Positions 58,116 to 64,000 of a stretch of 64,000 nt of DNA are shown piece by piece. The translations under genes were made by a program, and so were the position numbers. The stretch's first letter is position 1; every line of letters starts with the position of its first letter. The notes beneath the pieces are model-generated. The model saw only the letters and a list, made by a program, of their open reading frames with translations, ran no database searches and was not told the DNA's origin. This DNA is from Candidatus Dadabacteria bacterium (lineage in GTDB: Bacteria > Desulfobacterota_D > UBA1144 > Nemesobacterales > Nemesobacteraceae): positions 6,696 to 70,695 of the forward strand of contig CATOTB010000006.1 in assembly GCA_951812945.1 (NCBI GenBank), written 5' to 3'.

Positions 58116-58150
58116 TAACTACTCCTTGGGTTTTTTCTATTTTCTACAGT

Positions 58151-58226
58151 TCCGGTGTAGCTCAGTTGGCAGAGCAGATGACTGTTAATCATCGGGTCGC
58201 AGGTTCGAGTCCTGCCGCCGGAGCCA
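58151..58226 (+). tRNA. tRNA-Asn (GTT)
   Basis: 76-nt cloverleaf: acceptor TCCGGTG/CGCCGGA, anticodon arm GATGA-CTGTTAA-TCATC, GGTTCGAGTCC, encoded CCA. Confidence 0.98.
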
Positions 58227-58472
58227 AATTCCCTCCTACCCAACTTATGTGATCTGGAAGTACGGCTTTAGAGGTTTCTTCATAAGCTTCCAGGGGAAGT
58301 TGTGGTTGCTTATCAGACAAGTTGCAACGATTGTTTAGGCTATTTCAAATTCCTTTTTTGAATTATCCTAGGGAATTTTAAGCTGCCTTCCGCTCGGTAA
58401 GACGTCCGATCCGGGATAATTTTTCAACCGCGATCAAATGGTTTTTGATGCACTTACGGCTTTCAGAGCTAT

Positions 58473-58820
58473 CTAAATCAGATAGTAAATCAGCATGAAG
58501 AGATAACGCATGTTCGGGCTTGAGTTGTGGGCCTCGAGTCTTCCCGAAAGATCACCGATTCCGCCGAAAAAGGCTTCGTTATAGACTTCCGACACTCTTT
58601 TGAACTCATCGAACTCGATAAGCGGTGGTTCGCGGACTGCAAGCGGTCGCACGTTTTTCTCTGCGGAAGTTATCCTGATTCCGTCATCTTCCGTTGTGGC
58701 CAGAAACCATCTCTGGGAGTCTTCGAGCATAAGTTCTATGCCGCCTTCGGTCTTCTGTTTCAGAAGTTCCCACTCTTCTTCCTTGGATTCGCTGAAAGGT
58801 ATTTTTCTGTCTGCAAGCAT
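58473..58820 (-). CDS. hypothetical protein
   Basis: 115-aa ORF downstream of uvrA with GGAGAG RBS; no motif recognised. Confidence 0.6.
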   Translation of the reverse strand: MLADRKIPFSESKEEEWELLKQKTEGGIELMLEDSQRWFLATTEDDGIRITSAEKNVRPLAVREPPLIEFDEFKRVSEVYNEAFFGGIGDLSGRLEAHNSSPNMRYLFMLIYYLI

Positions 58821-58888
58821 TTTTTCTCTCCGGAAAATTGTTTTTAAGGTTTTATTCTACCCCATGGCGAAAAAAATATGTAACGCTG

Positions 58889-61636
58889 CTAACCTAGAAG
58901 CGGTCTCAGATGCTCTCCGGTGTGAGAACCTTTTACGGAGGCTACCTGTTCGGGAGTGCCCGTGGCCACTATGCGGCCCCCGTTGTCTCCACCTTCGGGC
59001 CCGAGATCGATTACGTGGTCGGCGGATTTTATCATCTCAAGGTTGTGTTCTATCACTATCACGCTGTTTCCGGCGTCGACAAGCCTGTTGAGGACACTGA
59101 GGAGTTTGCCTATGTCGTCAATATGAAGTCCTACCGTGGGTTCGTCAAGGATGTAGAGGATATTGTTTTTTTCTTTTCTTGCGAGCTCCCTGGCTATCTT
59201 TATTCTCTGCGCCTCTCCGCCGGATAACGTTGTAGCGGGTTGACCGAGCCTCAGGTAACCGCATCCGACGTCCTTTAGAACCTTGAGTTTTCTGGTAACG
59301 GCCGGACTTCCCGAGAAGAAAACCATGGCCTGATCGACAGTGAGGTTAAGTATGTCATCTATGTTTTTCCCCTTGTATCTGTAGGCGAGCACCTCTTTTC
59401 CGAACCTTTTGCCCCCGCATTCCTCACACGTCACCATGACATCGGCGAGAAAGTGCATCTCGACCCTGTGGCTTCCCTCTCCCGTGCATTTCTCGCAGCG
59501 TCCTCCGCTCACGTTGAAGGAAAAATGTGACGGGGTAAGCTTGCGGAGTTTCGCTTGGTAGTGTCCGGCGAGGATTTTGCGTATGTCGTCGTAAACCTTT
59601 ATGTAAGTGGCGGGGTTTGATCTTGAGGTTCTTCCTATGCTCGCCTGATCAAGGATTATCACGTCGTCTATATTGTCTGTGCCCTCTATCCGTTTGTGTT
59701 TTCCGACCCTATCCGTTTTTCTTCTGAATTTTCTCAGAAGAGCGTTATACAGAATGTCGTTTACAAGCGAGCTTTTCCCCGACCCCGATACCCCGGTTAC
59801 GCACGTGAGAGTTCCGAGGGGAAAGCGCACGTCGATCTCTTTAAGATTGTTTTCGCCTGCCCCGATTACGTTTATTGAATTGCCGGTGGTCTTTCTGCGG
59901 GAACCGGGAACTTCTATTTTCTTTTCATTCGCGAGGTATTTTCTCGTGGTCGAGCTTTTCGCCGAACGCAGAAAACTCCTGAGTGTTCCCTGGTATACGA
60001 TTTCTCCTCCGCCGTCTCCCGCCTGAGGACCGAGCTCCACTATGTAGTCAGCGGATCTTACGGTGTCAAGATCGTGTTCTATGAGGATGATGGTGTTGTT
60101 TCTTCCCCGGAGTTCTCTTATAAGCGAGTTGAGCCGGTTCATGTCCCTCGCGTGCAGACCGATCGAGGGCTCATCCAGAATGTACAGGGTCTCGGTAAGC
60201 CGTGAACTCATCTGACAGGCGAGGTTTATTCTCTGCGCCTCTCCGCCCGATAGCGTGCGCGTGAGTCTTGAGAGAGTCAGGTAGTCAAGTCCCACGTGGA
60301 TAAGAAAATCGAGGCGTGAATTTATTTCCTTCATAATGTCGGAGGCGATCTCAAGTTCGTAAGCGGACGGCACTACGCGGTCAAACCAGGATTTTAGATC
60401 CTTTACGGACATCCCCGAGAGATCAAATATGTTTTTTCCTTCTATCCGTACGTTAAGGGCTTTTTCCTTGAGCCTGCTTCCGCGGCAGTCCCCGCACGTA
60501 AAAGCGGAGCGGTACCTTGAGAGAAAAACCCTTATGTGGGTTTTGTAATTTTTCCGCTCAAGCCTTCTGAAATATCCCCTCACGCCGTAGTAATCGTCGT
60601 TTCCGCTGAAAACCAGATCCTTCTCTCCGGCTGAAAGTTCCGAAAAAGGTTTCTCCGTATCTATTCCCACATCCTCGGCGAAGGCAAGCAGTTTTCTCAT
60701 TTGCTTTCTGTAGGAAGTTTTCGTAAAAGGTTCGATTGCCCCTTCGGCAAGGCTGAGAGCGGGGTCGGGAACGAGGAGCTCAGGGTCGATCTCGAGGTTT
60801 CTTCCGAACCCGCTGCACTCCTCGCATGCGCCGTAGGGACTGTTGAAGGAGAACATGTTCGGGGTGGGTTTTTCAAACGCTGTGTCGCAGCTGTCGCAGC
60901 GAAGTTCTTTTGAGAAACGGAGGCTTTGTCCTGTGGCTATGTGCACAAACGCCCGGCTGCCTTCTGAAAAGGCGGCCTCGAGGGCTTCTGTGACCCTCGA
61001 TTTTGATCGCTCGCCGATAGCGGTTCTCGCGGTGACTACCTGCGTCTTCCCGTTCGAGTGCTCTCCGCTTTTTTCCATGTCCTCCGTTTTCCCGTCCCTG
61101 TAGATGCGGGAGTAACCTTTTTTCATGTATTGAAAGAGAGGCACCCCCTCCTCGGTCTCAAAGCATATGACAGCTCTTTTTTCCGGGAATTTTTCGATCA
61201 GCAGCCGCATAATGGATTGAGGGGAGTGCTCGCTTACTTGCTCTTCGCACTCGGGGCAGCGGGTTTTTCCGATTTTCGCAAAGAGAAGTCTCATGTAGTC
61301 GTATATTTCCGTCGTGGTGCCCACGGTGGAGCGGGAGTTTATTACGCTGTTTCGGCTTTCGATCGCTATGGGAGTTGGAAGACCTTCTATGTCGTCCATC
61401 GCGGGGCGCTCGACTTTTTCTATGAACTGTCTTGCGTAGGTTGAAAGGCAGTCGATATACCTTCTGAGTCCTTCTTTGTAGACGGTATCAAGCACGAGGG
61501 ATGATTTGCCCGAACCGCTGAGACCTGTCACCACCGTGAACCTGTTTTGAGGGATCAGAACATCTATGTTCTTTAAGTTGTTTTCCCTGGCGCCTTTTAT
61601 TTCTATGTATCCGTTTCGTTTCGCGGTTTTCGCCAT
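58889..61636 (-). CDS. uvrA: excinuclease ABC subunit A (divergent paralog type)
   Basis: GARENNLK, two Walker A (GLSGSGKSS, GVSGSGKSS), two LSGGEAQR, zinc fingers, DLGPEGG. Start ATG 61636 or GTG 61648. Confidence 0.95.
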   Translation of the reverse strand: MAKTAKRNGYIEIKGARENNLKNIDVLIPQNRFTVVTGLSGSGKSSLVLDTVYKEGLRRYIDCLSTYARQFIEKVERPAMDDIEGLPTPIAIESRNSVINSRSTVGTTTEIYDYMRLLFAKIGKTRCPECEEQVSEHSPQSIMRLLIEKFPEKRAVICFETEEGVPLFQYMKKGYSRIYRDGKTEDMEKSGEHSNGKTQVVTARTAIGERSKSRVTEALEAAFSEGSRAFVHIATGQSLRFSKELRCDSCDTAFEKPTPNMFSFNSPYGACEECSGFGRNLEIDPELLVPDPALSLAEGAIEPFTKTSYRKQMRKLLAFAEDVGIDTEKPFSELSAGEKDLVFSGNDDYYGVRGYFRRLERKNYKTHIRVFLSRYRSAFTCGDCRGSRLKEKALNVRIEGKNIFDLSGMSVKDLKSWFDRVVPSAYELEIASDIMKEINSRLDFLIHVGLDYLTLSRLTRTLSGGEAQRINLACQMSSRLTETLYILDEPSIGLHARDMNRLNSLIRELRGRNNTIILIEHDLDTVRSADYIVELGPQAGDGGGEIVYQGTLRSFLRSAKSSTTRKYLANEKKIEVPGSRRKTTGNSINVIGAGENNLKEIDVRFPLGTLTCVTGVSGSGKSSLVNDILYNALLRKFRRKTDRVGKHKRIEGTDNIDDVIILDQASIGRTSRSNPATYIKVYDDIRKILAGHYQAKLRKLTPSHFSFNVSGGRCEKCTGEGSHRVEMHFLADVMVTCEECGGKRFGKEVLAYRYKGKNIDDILNLTVDQAMVFFSGSPAVTRKLKVLKDVGCGYLRLGQPATTLSGGEAQRIKIARELARKEKNNILYILDEPTVGLHIDDIGKLLSVLNRLVDAGNSVIVIEHNLEMIKSADHVIDLGPEGGDNGGRIVATGTPEQVASVKGSHTGEHLRPLLG

Positions 61637-61903
61637 TATAGTTTCCACTCCCCGTGTTTATCCTCTCCCGGAGGGATTTTCCGTTCCCCCCAGCGGCATC
61701 TATAACGAAATTGAGGTTTCCGGGGCATTCGGTATTCTTTTCCCCGGGAAAAATGAAATATCCCGTGGCTTCTCACTTTAAATTTACACAATTATCGTGC
61801 GGCTTTTTTCCAGCATACTGGATTATCGACGGGTCGCCGCGCCTGACGGTGCTTGGCCCAGAGGGGCCGTCTTCTAAATACTTTCTCGTTTCGAGGTGAA
61901 CAG

Positions 61904-63154
61904 ATGAGCCATCTAATGGGGATTGATGAGCAGATAGCTGAAGTTATCCGCATGGAAACACAGCGCCAGGAATGGAAACTCGAGATGATAGCGTCTGAGA
62001 ACTACGTTAGCGACGCCGTCATGGAAGCCATGGGGTCTGTGCTTACCAACAAGTACGCCGAGGGTCTTCCGGGAAGACGTTATTACGGTGGATGCGAATT
62101 CGTTGACGTGGCCGAGGATCTGGCGCGCGAGCGGGCACTTGAGCTTTTCGGGGCGGACGCCGTGAACGTGCAGCCGCACTCGGGAGCTCAGGCGAACATG
62201 GCCGTGTTCTTCGCCGCGCTTAAGCCCGGAGAGACGGTTCTGGGAATGAGGCTTGACCACGGAGGGCATCTTACCCATGGGCATCCTGTTAATTTTTCCG
62301 GCCGCCTCTATAATGTCGTTGCCTACGGGGTTTCAAAAGAAACGGGAACGATTGATTACGACGAGGTAAGGGAGCTTGCCCTCAAGCACTCTCCCGGGCT
62401 TATAATCGCCGGCTGGAGCGCTTACCCGAGGGATGTGGACTACGCGAAATTCAGGAGCATAGCGAACGAATGCGGAGCGCTTTTATGGGCTGACATAGCG
62501 CATCCGGCGGGACTTGTGGTCGCAGGGCTTCACTCGGACCCCGTTCCCCACTGCGATTTCGTAACGACTACCACCCATAAAACGCTTCGGGGACCGCGGG
62601 GCGGGATGGTAATGATGAAGGAGGAGCACGCTAAGACCGTAAACAGCAGGGTTTTTCCGGGAACTCAGGGCGGTCCGCTGATGCACGTGATAGCGGCCAA
62701 GGCCGTTGCGTTTAAGGAAGCTCTTCGACCTGAGTTTTTAGAGTACCAGCGCCAGACGGTGAAAAACGCAAGACGTCTCGGGAAAAATCTCGTAAACGCG
62801 GGTCTTAAGCTTGTCTCTGGAGGAACTGATAATCACTTGGTGCTGGTTGATCTTACAGAAACGGAGTTTACGGGACAGGTTGTTGAACAGACGCTTGAGC
62901 AGGCGGGTATAACGGTCAACAAAAACGCGATCCCCTTTGACCCACGCCCTCCCATGGTCACAAGCGGCGTAAGGATCGGGACTCCCGCGATTACCACAAG
63001 AGGAATGAAGGAAGCGGAGATCGATACGATATCCGGCTTCATAATGGAAGCCTTTAACAATCATGAGAATGAAAAGGTTCTCGGTAGAATAAAAGAAGAC
63101 GTAAAGGAACTGTGCCTGCGTTTTCCCGTTTACGGCCACAGATTAGGCGGATAA
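61904..63154 (+). CDS. glyA: serine hydroxymethyltransferase
   Basis: [37 protein letters not shown]; GAGGTG RBS before ATG 61904. Confidence 0.99.
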   Translation: MSHLMGIDEQIAEVIRMETQRQEWKLEMIASENYVSDAVMEAMGSVLTNKYAEGLPGRRYYGGCEFVDVAEDLARERALELFGADAVNVQPHSGAQANMAVFFAALKPGETVLGMRLDHGGHLTHGHPVNFSGRLYNVVAYGVSKETGTIDYDEVRELALKHSPGLIIAGWSAYPRDVDYAKFRSIANECGALLWADIAHPAGLVVAGLHSDPVPHCDFVTTTTHKTLRGPRGGMVMMKEEHAKTVNSRVFPGTQGGPLMHVIAAKAVAFKEALRPEFLEYQRQTVKNARRLGKNLVNAGLKLVSGGTDNHLVLVDLTETEFTGQVVEQTLEQAGITVNKNAIPFDPRPPMVTSGVRIGTPAITTRGMKEAEIDTISGFIMEAFNNHENEKVLGRIKEDVKELCLRFPVYGHRLGG

Positions 63155-63157
63155 AAA

Positions 63158-63616
63158 ATGAAGTGTCCTTTCTGCAAGTCAGATGACACCAGGGTAGTTG
63201 ATTCAAGGGAAGGAAAAGACGGTTTTTCCGTCAGGAGACGCCGGGAGTGCAACGACTGCCAGGAGAGGTTCACCACTTACGAGAGAATCCATCACGCAGA
63301 AGTCATGGTGGTGAAAAAGGATGGGCGCAGGGAGGAATTTGACCGCAACAAGATAATAAGCGGTATGCGACGGGCGTGTGAAAAAAGACCGATCAGCACC
63401 GAGGTCATAGAGGATTTCGCGTCCGCCCTGGAAAAAGAATTTCTGGAAAGCGGGGAGCGGGAGATACACAGCGAAAAGATAGGAGAGAGGTTAATATCCA
63501 AGCTTTACGAAATTGATGAAGTTGCTTACGTCAGGTTTGCTTCGGTATACAGATCCTTTAAGGATGTAAACGAATTTCTTGACGAAGTATCAGGTCTTTT
63601 AAAGGAGAAGAAGTAA
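63158..63616 (+). CDS. nrdR: transcriptional repressor NrdR
   Basis: MKCPFC, VVDSR, RRRREC, RFTTYE, ATP cone, AYVRFASVY. Confidence 0.98.
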   Translation: MKCPFCKSDDTRVVDSREGKDGFSVRRRRECNDCQERFTTYERIHHAEVMVVKKDGRREEFDRNKIISGMRRACEKRPISTEVIEDFASALEKEFLESGEREIHSEKIGERLISKLYEIDEVAYVRFASVYRSFKDVNEFLDEVSGLLKEKK

Positions 63617-63621
63617 GCTGT

Positions 63622-64000
63622 ATGCTGGTTGATTCCCACGCCCACCTGCTTAGCCTCGAAGACCCCGAAGGCGCTGTCTCAAGAGCGGCGGACGAAGGTA
63701 TCGGAAAGATCATATCGATTGGAACTGGGCTTGAGTCCTCGCTTGCCACCATAGAGCTTTCAAAAAAATACAGGGGTGTTTACGTGTCGGTCGGAATCCA
63801 CCCTCATTCCGCTTCGGACTTTAACGAAGAAGCGATGCGGAAATTTGAGGACATGCTTGAAGACTCCAAGGTAGTGGCGGTTGGAGAGACCGGGCTTGAT
63901 TATCACTACATGAATTCCCCCGCAGAAGATCAGATAAGGTCGTTTGAGGCGCACATGGAACTTGCAAGAAAACACTGCCTACCTTTCGTGGTTCATGTAA
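63622..64000 (+). CDS. tatD: TatD-family hydrolase (runs off the window end)
   Basis: Manual translation MLVDSHAHL...VGIHPH...VAVGETGLDY...LPFVVH; absent from the ORF track. Confidence 0.93.
   Translation, partial: MLVDSHAHLLSLEDPEGAVSRAADEGIGKIISIGTGLESSLATIELSKKYRGVYVSVGIHPHSASDFNEEAMRKFEDMLEDSKVVAVGETGLDYHYMNSPAEDQIRSFEAHMELARKHCLPFVVHV

Noticed and set aside
58151-58890. Prophage or genomic island integrated at tRNA-Asn
   Set aside because: No integrase, phage genes or repeated tRNA 3' end in the window.

Overview
This is a densely coding bacterial chromosomal window. The backbone is housekeeping: guaBA, coaX, tsaD, thiC, carB-greA-tonB-lspA-ribE-aroK-degP, mutL-efp, mqnC, TPR-LolB-like-ptsH-hisDC, lgt-lnt, tolB-thpR-rplU-rpmA, alaS, rpoH, tRNA-Asn, a uvrA paralog, and glyA-nrdR-tatD. 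Gene content (futalosine menaquinone pathway, Lnt/Tol, RpoH) and frequent ATA/AGA codons point to a diderm Desulfobacterota-like organism, possibly Candidatus Dadabacteria; this is inference only. Small accessory inserts interrupt the backbone: a hipBA toxin-antitoxin pair, a two-gene cassette of PD-(D/E)XK nuclease-like proteins, a solo TnpB with intact RuvC residues just upstream of a PUR-family nucleic-acid-binding gene, several orphan exported proteins, and two convergent outer-membrane beta-barrels separated by a ~105-nt hairpin. The strongest leads are: (1) a 910-aa fusion of two degenerate cNMP-binding domains, an acyltransferase and an SGNH hydrolase; (2) an EF-P with Gln instead of Lys/Arg at loop position 34; (3) the tandem nuclease cassette, a candidate defence system; (4) a HAMP protein with a catalytically degenerate class III cyclase domain; (5) a PerR-linked nitroreductase-fold protein. 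Two small membrane ORFs missing from the ORF track were also found. I saw no CRISPR array, rRNA or integrase. All calls come from motif recognition by eye; no database search was run.
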